Shown here piece by piece: positions 1 to 8,986 of a stretch of 64,000 nucleotides of DNA. Below the pieces are notes generated by a model that worked only from the letters and a program-made list of their open reading frames with translations, was not told the DNA's origin and made no database searches. Each line of letters opens with the position of its first letter. Within the stretch, counting starts at the first letter, position 1. The translations under genes were made by a program, and so were the position numbers. Source of the stretch: Acidimicrobiia bacterium (GTDB lineage: Bacteria > Actinomycetota > Acidimicrobiia > Spongiisociales > UBA5794); contig CBDCGU010000003.1 of NCBI GenBank assembly GCA_965216945.1, positions 309,319-373,318 on the forward strand, in the 5' to 3' direction.

Positions 1-523
1 CCTTGCCGTCGATCACCTGCTCGTTGGCCAGCACCGTCTGCAACGTTGGCGACCAATTGACGAGCGCTTTGCCGCGATAGGCGATGTCGTGCTCGAACAT
101 CTCCTTGAAGAACCACTCGGTCCACTTGTAGTAGTCGGGGTCACAGGAGACGATCTCGCGTTCCCAGTCGAACATCGCCCCCATCGACCGCAGCTGAGCC
201 CGCATGCGGTCGATGTTGTCGTATGTCCACTTGGCCGGGTGGATGTTGCGCTGCACCGCGGCGTACTCGGCGGGAAGGCCGAAGGCATCGAAACCCATCG
301 GGAAGAGGACGTTGTGGCCCTTCATGCGCATGTAACGGGCCCGGGCGTCCGACGGAGTCATGGCGTACCAGTGACCGATGTGCAGGTCGCCGGACGGGTA
401 GGGCAGCATGGTCACGGCGTAGTGCTTTGGCTTTTCCCAGTCCACCACGGCGCGGTAGAGGCCTTCGTCCTCCCAACGCCGCTGCCACGCCGTTTCGACT
501 GTCTGGTGGTTGTAGGTATCCAA
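1..523 (-). CDS. leuS: Leucine--tRNA ligase, 5' part (runs off window start)
   Basis: Manual translation from TTG at 523: MDTYNHQTVETAWQRRWE...MLPYPSGDLHIGH (HIGH motif)...PMGFDAFGLPAE...TVLANEQV, typical LeuRS N-terminus. Confidence 0.95.
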   Translation of the reverse strand, partial: MDTYNHQTVETAWQRRWEDEGLYRAVVDWEKPKHYAVTMLPYPSGDLHIGHWYAMTPSDARARYMRMKGHNVLFPMGFDAFGLPAEYAAVQRNIHPAKWTYDNIDRMRAQLRSMGAMFDWEREIVSCDPDYYKWTEWFFKEMFEHDIAYRGKALVNWSPTLQTVLANEQVIDGK

Positions 524-622
524 GGCTGCCGTCCGACCTCTCGTACGCAAAGACGCAGCGTAATCGCGCAGTGGCGCCACTCCGGCAGGGGGCGATACAC
601 TTCCCAACACACGGGGGGCTCC

Positions 623-1198
623 ATGGACCAGGCAAAGTCGCCGTGGGTCGGCGATCCGATAACAATCGCTCCGGTGTTTCCGGCGCGAGACGACGCCTCC
701 CGAGAAGCCTTCGTGAAGCTACACGCCGAGGCGTTCTCGCCGCTGCCGTATCGGCGGACGAGTGCGCAGATCTCCGGATTTCGCGATGCGCTCCGCCAGC
801 ATGTGATGCGGCCAGGCTTCACCGCCTTCTGCGCCGATGCCGGCGACCGGACCGTGGCGTTTGCCTACGGCTACACCACGAGTCCCAACTACCAGTGGGA
901 CCGCAACATTCGGGAGGCGCTCGGACCCCGCGCTCGTTCCTGGTTGGTCGATTGTTTTGCACTCGCCGAACTGGCAGTGCACCCGGATGCGCAGGGCTAT
1001 GGCATCGGACGGGCGGTGCACGATGCACTCCTGGCGGCTCAGCCCCATCCGCGTGCCGTGCTGTCCACCCTCGATGCCCCGACGCCCGGTCGCTTGATGT
1101 ACAGCCTGGCCGGCTGGCAGGTGCTCGCCGACAACGTGCGCTTCCCGGTCAGCGCCGATCGCTATGTCATCATGGGGAAGCTCGTCGAGGGTCACTGA
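623..1198 (+). CDS. GNAT family N-acetyltransferase
   Basis: LAELAVHPDAQGYGIGRAVHDALL acetyl-CoA binding motif A; ATG at 623 within ORF 89..1198. Confidence 0.85.
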   Translation: MDQAKSPWVGDPITIAPVFPARDDASREAFVKLHAEAFSPLPYRRTSAQISGFRDALRQHVMRPGFTAFCADAGDRTVAFAYGYTTSPNYQWDRNIREALGPRARSWLVDCFALAELAVHPDAQGYGIGRAVHDALLAAQPHPRAVLSTLDAPTPGRLMYSLAGWQVLADNVRFPVSADRYVIMGKLVEGH

Positions 1199-1329
1199 CC
1201 GCCGTCCGCACCCGTCGAACGGACGGCTCGCACCGGCGGGTCGAGCGCAACCGGGATCGACAGGGGTTCCTGCGTAGCTGAGGACGGAGCCCCGCGGCCA
1301 TGTACGCAAGAACGGGGAGTCCCCCTGAG

Positions 1330-1403
1330 TGGAGCTGACGGGAATTGAACCCGTGACCTCTTGCATGCCATGCAAGCGCTCTGCCGAACTGAGCTACAGC
1401 CCC
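1330..1403 (-). tRNA. tRNA-Ala(GGC)
   Basis: Reverse complement GGGGCTGTAGCTCAGTTCGGCAGAGCGCTTGCATGGCATGCAAGAGGTCACGGGTTCAATTCCCGTCAGCTCCA; cloverleaf, G3:U70 pair. Confidence 0.97.
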
Positions 1404-1431
1404 AGGGTCGCCGAAGCGACACGGGAGTGTA

Positions 1432-1857
1432 TCAGGCTTCGACACCCACCTGATCGAAGTCGAGGCGCGGGGCATCGCCCCACAGCCGTTCCAGGTCGTA
1501 GTAGTCCCGTGTCTCCTCGTCGAAGACGTGCACGACCATGTCGCCGTAGTCGAGCAGCACCCAACGGCCGTGTGCTTCACCCTCGCGACGGAGCGGCCGT
1601 CGCTCGTGGTCGCTCTTGAGAACGAACTCGACTTCCTCCACGAGGGTCTTCACATGCCGGTTCGACGTGCCGCTGGCGATCACGAACACGTCCGTGAGCA
1701 CGACGAGCGAGGAGACATCGAGCAAGGCAATCGAGAGGCCCTTCTTCTGGGCGATCGCACCGGCCGCAACGTTGGCTGCGGTGATTGCTTCCGGATCGGC
1801 GCTGATGTTGGACCTTCCTGCCTCGCGAGTAGCGGGAATACTACCGCCGGCCGGCAC
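1432..1857 (-). CDS. rsfS: Ribosome silencing factor RsfS (Iojap); start uncertain
   Basis: DVFVIASGTSNRHV...WVLLDYGDMVVHVF..RDYYDLERLWGDAP; directly downstream of nadD. Confidence 0.95.
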   Translation of the reverse strand: MPAGGSIPATREAGRSNISADPEAITAANVAAGAIAQKKGLSIALLDVSSLVVLTDVFVIASGTSNRHVKTLVEEVEFVLKSDHERRPLRREGEAHGRWVLLDYGDMVVHVFDEETRDYYDLERLWGDAPRLDFDQVGVEA

Positions 1858-2447
1858 TACTCCTCGCGGTACAGGCCGTGCCGCTCGATATAGCTACGGA
1901 CGGTCTCGGGGATGAGGAATCGCACGCTGGCGCCGCGTCGTACCCGCCGCCGGAGATCGGTGCTCGATATCCCCAACTCCGGCATGTCGAGCCACGCGAC
2001 ATCGGCGCCTGCAAGTGCCGCGTCGACGTCCTCGCGAGCCACCCCGGGCCTTGGCACGACAGCGAAACTCGCCGTCGCCATCAAGTCGGCCGCCCGGTGC
2101 CAGCTCGGTACGTCGCGAGCAGCATCAGCGCCCACGAGCACCGTGACCTCGTCGCTCACCGGGTACGTGGCGAGCGTGTCCACGGTGTAGGTCCACCCAT
2201 CTCGGCGGATCTCGCGTTCGTCGACGTCGAAATACCGCACGCCGCCAGTTGCCAGCTCGGTCATCCGGAGGCGGTGCTCGGCTGCAGTGACCGACATGTT
2301 CACCTTTTGCCACGGGGCACCGGCCGGCACGAAGGAGACGACATCGACGCCGAGCTGTCGATAGGCGGCCTCCGCCGCGACGAGATGGGCCAGGTGGGGC
2401 GGATCGAAGGTGCCGCCGAGAAAACCGCGTCGCACGGCGGGGAGCAT
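1857..2447 (-). CDS. nadD: Nicotinate-nucleotide adenylyltransferase
   Basis: GGTFDPPHLAH, YTVDTL, GAD, ISSTDLR and YIERHGLY motifs. Confidence 0.95.
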   Translation of the reverse strand: MLPAVRRGFLGGTFDPPHLAHLVAAEAAYRQLGVDVVSFVPAGAPWQKVNMSVTAAEHRLRMTELATGGVRYFDVDEREIRRDGWTYTVDTLATYPVSDEVTVLVGADAARDVPSWHRAADLMATASFAVVPRPGVAREDVDAALAGADVAWLDMPELGISSTDLRRRVRRGASVRFLIPETVRSYIERHGLYREE

Positions 2448-2919
2448 AGGTCGCCACCGCTCGTCGAGGTGCCAGCCGCACTGCCCCGCCCGGCGGGTGG
2501 CACTGCAGCCACGGCACAGGGTCCTGGTATTCACCATCCAGCCGCACCGAGAAATGCACTGCAGGCCCGTCGTGCAGGCCTGAGGTTCCGACGGGAGCTT
2601 GCGCCGTCACGTAGACACCGGAGCTGACGCCCACGGTGGTGAGGTACGAGTAGGAGGTCTTCAGCCCGCCACCGTGGTCGATCGTGACGGAGAGCCGACC
2701 GGCCACCGCACCGGCAAACGTCACCCATCCATCGCCTGCCGCCCGCACCGTCGTGCCCTCGGCCACCCCGAAGTCGATGCCCCAGTGCCCGCCGTATGCG
2801 CCGACCGGAGCGAAAGCGCGGACGATGGGTCCGGCGACCGGAGCCCACAGCCCGGCGCAGTCCCCGCCCGGGCCGACGAGGGCCACAACCGCAAGCACCC
2901 AAGCAACGACGGCTGGCAT
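2125..2919 (-). CDS. Secreted M23 family peptidase (EnvC/NlpD-like); frame reads on into nadD
   Basis: Signal-like MPAVVAWVLAVVALVG, HWGIDF, VRAAGDGWVTFAG, TSYSYL, VHFSVR...YQDP; part of ORF 2125..3984. Confidence 0.8.
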   Translation of the reverse strand: MPAVVAWVLAVVALVGPGGDCAGLWAPVAGPIVRAFAPVGAYGGHWGIDFGVAEGTTVRAAGDGWVTFAGAVAGRLSVTIDHGGGLKTSYSYLTTVGVSSGVYVTAQAPVGTSGLHDGPAVHFSVRLDGEYQDPVPWLQCHPPGGAVRLAPRRAVATYAPRRATRFSRRHLRSAPPGPSRRGGGRLSTARRRCRLLRAGRCPVAKGEHVGHCSRAPPPDDRAGNWRRAVFRRRRTRDPPRWVDLHRGHARHVPGERRGHGARGR

Positions 2920-3048
2920 GATGTGTTTCTCTTCCTGCCACCGCCGCCTCCCACCGTAGGGGACGTCTACGACACGGAACAGGGGGTCGCCCGGACCCGG
3001 GGAGCCCATCGGCGACGTGGTACGTTTCCGGCCCAGCGAGGAGCGACA

Positions 3049-3793
3049 ATGCCGGTCAGCGACACCGTCGGCGAACGCATCGCCGTCGTCGCCATCGACC
3101 GTCCCGCCGTGCGCAACGCGATCGACCTCGCAACGGCGGACGCTCTCCTGGAGGCGTGGCGCAACTTCGCCGGAGACGACGAGGCCGACGTCGGCATCTT
3201 GACCGGCGCCGGAGGCACCTTTTGCTCCGGTGCCGACCTGAAGCAGTTCGACTTGGTCGACCGGCCCGAAGGACACCTGGGCATGAGCCGCCTCGAGGTC
3301 GGGAAGCCGACGATCGCCGCCATCGAGGGGCACGCCGTTGCGGGTGGACTGGAACTGGCCTTGTGGTGCGACCTGCGCGTGGCGGCGGAGGATGCGGTGC
3401 TGGGCTGCTTCGAACGTCGCTGGGGTGTGCCGTTGATCGATGGAGGCACTCAAGCGGCTGCCCCGCATCGTAGGACTCGGCCATGCCATGGACCTCATGC
3501 TCACCGGTCGCGCCGTGACGGCCGACGAGGCGCTCACGCTGGGTCTGGTCGATCGTGTGGTTCCGCCGGGTGGCGCCCTCGCCGCGGCCCGCACCCTTGA
3601 CGCCACGATCGCATCGTTCCCACAGGCAACGGTGCGCTCCGACCGGCGGGCCATGCTGGATGGTCTCGGTCTCTCCCTGCCCGAGGGGCTGGCCCGGGAA
3701 CGTGAGCTCGGTCTCGAAGTGCTCGACACCGCGGCCGAAGGCGCCCGGCGATTTGCGGGCGGCGAGGGGCGCCACAGGGACGGCGCACCGTGA
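3049..3793 (+). pseudogene. Enoyl-CoA hydratase/isomerase (crotonase), frameshifted near 3452
   Basis: N-half IDRPAVRNA..FCSGADL..AVAGGLELALWCD..GVPLIDGGTQ in one frame; C-half RLPRIVGLGHAMDLMLTGR in the next frame; extra A in caAgcgg. Confidence 0.8.
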
Positions 3794-3809
3794 GGCCGAG
3801 CTCGCCGCC

Positions 3810-5243
3810 CTAGACCGTCAGGCGGGTCCGACGGACGGCATGAGGCTGGAGAGCGACTCGCTCGACGAACCGCTCGAGCTGACGCATCGTGCGGACCTCG
3901 TGGACTTCGTCGCACACGGGCCGGTATGTAGACATGATCGAATCGCCCGTATCCCAGTAGCGGGCAGCCTCCGGGTTGAGCCATTGCAGCGACCGAGCCG
4001 TGGCGGTGATCCCCCGCAACACGTCGATGCCCGAATCCCGGTAGTTGTTGCGGGCGTCCCCGGTCACGATGACGGTCGAGCGCGGGGTCACGGCGTCCAT
4101 GAACTCTGCCGAGAACGTCTCGAGGGCCGACCCGTAATCGCTGTGGCCGTCCCGGCGCACCAACTTGGCCTCGGCCGACATCTCGGCCATTGCGTCATGG
4201 AAGTCGGTGCCGGGACCGAAGAACCGGGTGACCTCGTCCATGCCGTCGATGAACGCAAACGAGCGCACGTTCGAGAACTGGTGACCGATGGCGTAGGTCA
4301 GCTGCATCGTGAAGCGAGCGAACGTCGCCATCGACCCGGACACGTCGCAGAGCAGCACCAGTTCCGGTTTGGTGATCCGGCGCGGCTTCCACTTCGGATC
4401 GACGAGGGCGCCGCCATGGGCCAGCGAGCGGCGGATCGTGCGCCGCACGTCGAGCCGGCCCTTGCGCCCGTGGCGTCGTCGCGCCGCCAGCCGGCTGGCG
4501 AGTTTGCGGGCAAGCGGCCCGATGCGGGCCGCGATCTCCTCCAACTCCTCACGGGTGGCGTGCATCAGATCGATGTCCTCGACGAGCGGTGCCCGCAGCG
4601 TGCGCGCCACGGCTTCGACGCCGCGGTCTTCGACGAGCCGGCGCAGGATCTCCTCCTGCACCTCGCGGCGCAGGTCGCCGACCAGGTCGTCGGCCCGCTC
4701 CTGAGCGAGCCGCTCGGCGAAAGAGTCGCCGGCGTCCTCCAGTGCTTCGTCGACGAGCCTGCGTCGGATCGACTCGGCGTCGAGCCGGTGCATCACCCGA
4801 TAGAGGTAGTAGCGGCCCCCGACAGGCCGTCCCGGCTGAAACCCCGACAACTGGTCGACGGCCGTCCGCACCAGACTCTGCAGCCCGGCCTGGTCGCCAC
4901 CGGCCAGCGCCGCCACGATGGCATCCACGAGTGCCTGAAGCTCGGCACCGCTCGCCCCCCCGCTGCCGTCCCGGGCAAGCGCACCGCCGGCGGGTGGAGC
5001 CGCTTCCGGTTCGGTTGCATCGAGCCGCGAGGCGACACCGAAGAAGACGTCGAACGCGGTATCGAAGGCCTTCTGGTGGCGGGCGTTCTTCACCAACGTC
5101 GCAGACAAGGTCGCCCGAAGCGACTCCCGATCCGCGAGGTCCACGTGGCGAAGACCATCGGCCGCATCCATCACCTCGACCATCGAGACGGGGATCCCGA
5201 CCTCCCGCAACTCGTGGGAGAAATCGGTCAGCGCCGCAAGCAC
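3810..5243 (-). CDS. VWA domain protein, CoxE-like
   Basis: LDVRRTIRRSL, CDVSGSM (MIDAS), GDARNNY, WLNPE. Confidence 0.9.
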   Translation of the reverse strand: MLAALTDFSHELREVGIPVSMVEVMDAADGLRHVDLADRESLRATLSATLVKNARHQKAFDTAFDVFFGVASRLDATEPEAAPPAGGALARDGSGGASGAELQALVDAIVAALAGGDQAGLQSLVRTAVDQLSGFQPGRPVGGRYYLYRVMHRLDAESIRRRLVDEALEDAGDSFAERLAQERADDLVGDLRREVQEEILRRLVEDRGVEAVARTLRAPLVEDIDLMHATREELEEIAARIGPLARKLASRLAARRRHGRKGRLDVRRTIRRSLAHGGALVDPKWKPRRITKPELVLLCDVSGSMATFARFTMQLTYAIGHQFSNVRSFAFIDGMDEVTRFFGPGTDFHDAMAEMSAEAKLVRRDGHSDYGSALETFSAEFMDAVTPRSTVIVTGDARNNYRDSGIDVLRGITATARSLQWLNPEAARYWDTGDSIMSTYRPVCDEVHEVRTMRQLERFVERVALQPHAVRRTRLTV

Positions 5244-5244
5244 G

Positions 5245-6120
5245 TCAACCGCTCGACTCGCCGGACGGGACCAGGTCCAGCTCCCGGGTCACCTTGTCGA
5301 TGTCCGACTGGTACTTGAGCAACACGTGGAGGGTGTCGGCGGTGACGGCGCCATCGACGTCCTTGGCCGACAACGCCAGCAGCGTGCGTGCCCAGTCGAT
5401 GCTCTCGCTCACCGAGGGCGCTTTGCGAATGGGCACCCGGCGAATCGAGCGCACGACCTCAGCGATACGCCCGGCGAGCTCCTCGGGGAGATCCGGGACC
5501 CGAGACAGGAGGATCTCGCGCTCGCGCTCGATCGTCGGATAATCGATATGGAGGAACAGACAGCGCCGTTTCAGCGCTTCGGACAGCTCACGGGTGTTGT
5601 TCGAGGTGAGCACCACAAAGGGCCGGCTCGCCGCCCGCATCGTGCCGAGCTCGGGGATCGTCACCTGGAACGCATCGAGAACCTCGAGCAGGAGCGCTTC
5701 GGTCTCGACCTCGACACGATCGACCTCGTCGATCAGCAATACGACGGGCTCGGGGCTGCGGATCGCCTCGAGCAGCGGGCGCGTCAAGAGGAAGTCCTCG
5801 GTGAAGATGTCGCCCTCGAGCTCGTCCCAGCGGCGGCCTTCGTCGCTCTGGAGCCGGAGCAGTTGCTTGTGGTAGTTCCATTCGTAGAGCGCCTTCGCCT
5901 CATCGAGGCCCTCGTAACACTGGAGTCGCACCAGCCTCCTGCCCGTAGAATCGGCCACGGCCAAGGCCAGCGCCGTCTTGCCGACCCCAGCCGGACCTTC
6001 GGCCAGGATCGGCTTGGCGAGACACTCCGCCAAGAACGCCACCTGGGCGATCCGATTGCCGGCGAGGTAGCCCGCCGTCCTCAGTGATTCCGCCGCTTCG
6101 GCGGCGTTGCTCCACGACAT
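5245..6120 (-). CDS. MoxR-family AAA+ ATPase (CoxD-like)
   Basis: Walker A EGPAGVGKT, RLQCYEGLD, Walker B LLIDEVD, LTSNNTRELSEALKRRC. Confidence 0.93.
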   Translation of the reverse strand: MSWSNAAEAAESLRTAGYLAGNRIAQVAFLAECLAKPILAEGPAGVGKTALALAVADSTGRRLVRLQCYEGLDEAKALYEWNYHKQLLRLQSDEGRRWDELEGDIFTEDFLLTRPLLEAIRSPEPVVLLIDEVDRVEVETEALLLEVLDAFQVTIPELGTMRAASRPFVVLTSNNTRELSEALKRRCLFLHIDYPTIEREREILLSRVPDLPEELAGRIAEVVRSIRRVPIRKAPSVSESIDWARTLLALSAKDVDGAVTADTLHVLLKYQSDIDKVTRELDLVPSGESSG

Positions 6121-6218
6121 CCCGGCATCTTATGCCGGGCACGCGGTCCTATCGCCCCAGGGCCGCACACGACGCCGATCGGCGCACATCTCCGCTCGCA
6201 GCCTCGCTGGTGAGGCCG

Positions 6219-7724
6219 TCAGCGGCCGATCTCGGAGTCGTGTTGCGTCACCCGGCTGCGGACGGTGTAGACCGAATCGCCGCTCAGGATGCCGCCACGG
6301 CCGAAGAGGCGTCCGGTCTGCCAGTTGGAGAGACCCAGCTCAGGCTTGTTGAGGGCGTATTGCCCATCAACCCACCGGGTGAAACCATTCCCCACGAACG
6401 GTGCATCGATCAAGGCGAAGAACCGATCGTGCTCCGCCTCGTCTTCCGAGACCAGGCTGGCGACAAATCGTGGACTCTGCTCGTTGAACAAGCTCACGGC
6501 CTCGTCGATGTCGTCGACGATCTTGAGCGTGACCTCGGGGCTGTCCTCCCACTCCCATTCCAGGCCGAGCTGATCTGCCCCGATCACCTCGGTGCGAGGC
6601 TCCTCGACGGGACCTTCGGCGCGAACGATCCTCGCCGGGTCGAACCACTCGGGGGGAATGTGACCTTGGTCCCCCTCCGCAACGTGGAGCTTCGTGGTGG
6701 CGTCACGCCGCCTGCCGGCCCGATCGAGCGCATCGAGGAAGGCGGGCAGCAGGCGGTCCACCGCCGAGGCCACGATGCAGCACGTGTTGAGCGTGTTGCA
6801 CACCTTGCGGTCCAGCGAGTGGTAGACGACCGAGGCGAAGGCCTCGGCATCGGCGTGCTCGGAAGCGACGATCCACGCACCACCGGTGCCGTGCAGGCTC
6901 ACCGGGATGCCCGCCTGCCGAGCTACGGCACCGAGCTGGGCAACGGCGCTGCCCGAACCACGGGCAACGGCCAGAGCCAGGCGGCTGTCGGAGAACAGGG
7001 CGTGCCCGGCGGCACGGGCTGGGCTCGCCACGAGCGATGCGGCGCCGGCCGGCAAGCCCGCCGCCTCGAGCGCGGGGTCGAGGGCGTTGGCGACAATCGC
7101 TTTGGCCGTGCCGAGAGCGTCGGATCCGATGCGAAACACGACGGTGTTGCCGCTGCGCAGCACGCCGGTGGCGTCGGCGAACACGTTGGGACGACCCTCG
7201 AAGACGAACCCGACCACGCCGAGACCCGAGCGCACCTGGTCGACCCGCCACCCGGCATGTTCAACCTGTTCGAGAACGGAGCCGCGGCCGGAATCGGCGG
7301 TGCGCCATGCCCGCAAGCCGGCAACCATGTCGGCGCGCATCTTGTCGCTCAGCACGAGGCGCGTCGTGGAGCGCCCCTTCGCCTTGGCGGCGGCGACATC
7401 GGCTTCGTTCGCTGCGGCGATGGGGGCAAACGAAGCATCGTCCTGCAGACGCTGAGCGAAGGTCTCGTAGAAGTCGCTGATCTGTGCGTCAGTGACCGTC
7501 CCGATTCGCTCGAATGCCGCAACGGCGGCATCGACCGCTGCAGTTGCCACGGCATGTGCCGCTGAGGGGATGTGGAGAAGATCGCCTGTGGTTTGGACCA
7601 CGACCAGCCGGTCCCCGGGACGGAAGGCAGCCGCCAACTCCTCGTCCACATAGGTCAAGCGATCGCCCGCATACACGATCGGCATCCCGGCGGTCAGCGA
7701 TGTCAGATGGTTGCCCTCAGTCAT
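6219..7724 (-). CDS. proA: Gamma-glutamyl phosphate reductase, long N-terminal variant
   Basis: GLGVVGFVFEGRPNV, ARGSG, catalytic VCNTLN, ELGLSN; downstream of proB. Confidence 0.88.
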   Translation of the reverse strand: MTEGNHLTSLTAGMPIVYAGDRLTYVDEELAAAFRPGDRLVVVQTTGDLLHIPSAAHAVATAAVDAAVAAFERIGTVTDAQISDFYETFAQRLQDDASFAPIAAANEADVAAAKAKGRSTTRLVLSDKMRADMVAGLRAWRTADSGRGSVLEQVEHAGWRVDQVRSGLGVVGFVFEGRPNVFADATGVLRSGNTVVFRIGSDALGTAKAIVANALDPALEAAGLPAGAASLVASPARAAGHALFSDSRLALAVARGSGSAVAQLGAVARQAGIPVSLHGTGGAWIVASEHADAEAFASVVYHSLDRKVCNTLNTCCIVASAVDRLLPAFLDALDRAGRRRDATTKLHVAEGDQGHIPPEWFDPARIVRAEGPVEEPRTEVIGADQLGLEWEWEDSPEVTLKIVDDIDEAVSLFNEQSPRFVASLVSEDEAEHDRFFALIDAPFVGNGFTRWVDGQYALNKPELGLSNWQTGRLFGRGGILSGDSVYTVRSRVTQHDSEIGR

Positions 7725-7885
7725 GGGCTGCACCGTATCCGAGGTGGCGGAGCCTGCCAACCCGCCCCGCGACCCATGCAGGGTTGCCGATCGACGGCCA
7801 CGACGGGTCGCCCCCCGCCGCCAAGCAACCGGCGCCTCGGTGGTCCGTCGCCCAAATGGCTCCGGGTCAGTTGCGCGACGGGCGA

Positions 7886-8986
7886 CTAGCGAAGGACCAC
7901 CAGGTCGTCGCGATGGATGCCGACTCCGCCGGCTACGGAGCTGTGCTGACCCGCCACGTCGGCCAGGGCGCTGGCGCTCAGCCCGGCGATGCCCTTGCCG
8001 ATCAAACCTCCGTCGGGTCCCACGATCTCGACCGCCTGGCCGGCCTCGAACTCGCCGTCGACCGCCGTGACTCCGACCGGCAACAGGCTCCGGCCCCGCG
8101 ACACCAGCGCATGGACAGCGCCCCGGTCGACGGCGATCCGCCCCTGCGGCGGGAGCCCGAATGCGATCCACAGCTTGCGAGCCGACAGGCGGGAGTCGTG
8201 GGGTTCGATCCACGTCCCGACGTTGCCGCCGGACACGGCGAGGGCGACCGCACGTTCATCGCGGGCTTCGGCAATCACCGTTGGGATGCCGGACCACGCC
8301 GCCATGCGGGCGGCGGCGATCTTGGTGGCGACGCCGCCGGAGCCGAGCCGGGTCGTGCCGGTGGAGTGGTACAGCTCGTCGAGGATCTCGTCGGTGTGCC
8401 GCACCGCGGGAAGTAGCTCGGCATCGGCGTCGAACCTCGGGTCGGTGCTGAACAGGCCTTTGGTGTCGGTGAGGATGACGAGCATGCCGGCCCCGACGAG
8501 GTGGCTCACGATCGCGGCGAGCCTGTCGTTGTCGCCCAGCTTCAACTCATCGACAACCACGGTGTCGTTCTCGTTGACGATGGGAACCACGCCCATCGCC
8601 AGCATCCGGGACAGCGCATGCCGGCCGTGCAGATACTGGCTGCGGTTCGCCAGGATGTCCTTGGTCAGGAGGACTTGGCCGACGACGGTGCCGTTCTCGC
8701 CGAATACCCGTGCATATTCCTGCATGAGCCGGCCCTGTCCGACGGCGGCCGCCGCCTGCAGGCTCGGCATGTCGGTGGGCCGGGTCTCGAGACCCAAGGC
8801 GGGCAGCCCGCACGCCACGGCGCCCGATGAGACCAGCACAGGGCGATGCCCGAGTCCGCGAAGCTCTTCGATCTGGCGGACGGTGCGCACGACAGCCGCT
8901 GTCTCCAGGCCCCCGGATGGAGCCGCCAGACTCGACGAGCCCACCTTGACCACCACCGCCGCCCCATCCCCTACCGGATGCCTCAT
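7886..8986 (-). CDS. proB: Glutamate 5-kinase with PUA domain
   Basis: VVKVGSSSL, VSSGAV, AAVGQ, NENDTV, GDNDRLAA, RSLLPVGV. Confidence 0.97.
   Translation of the reverse strand: MRHPVGDGAAVVVKVGSSSLAAPSGGLETAAVVRTVRQIEELRGLGHRPVLVSSGAVACGLPALGLETRPTDMPSLQAAAAVGQGRLMQEYARVFGENGTVVGQVLLTKDILANRSQYLHGRHALSRMLAMGVVPIVNENDTVVVDELKLGDNDRLAAIVSHLVGAGMLVILTDTKGLFSTDPRFDADAELLPAVRHTDEILDELYHSTGTTRLGSGGVATKIAAARMAAWSGIPTVIAEARDERAVALAVSGGNVGTWIEPHDSRLSARKLWIAFGLPPQGRIAVDRGAVHALVSRGRSLLPVGVTAVDGEFEAGQAVEIVGPDGGLIGKGIAGLSASALADVAGQHSSVAGGVGIHRDDLVVLR

Noticed and set aside
524-622. Possible T-box riboswitch upstream of leuS (and of valS at 23906-24030)
   Set aside because: No T-box GGTGG-ACC consensus seen and the leaders are too short
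3810-6120. MoxR AAA+/VWA (CoxD/CoxE-like) pair without CO dehydrogenase genes
   Set aside because: The same kind of pair between proA and nadD is known in other Actinomycetota such as mycobacteria; ordinary synteny
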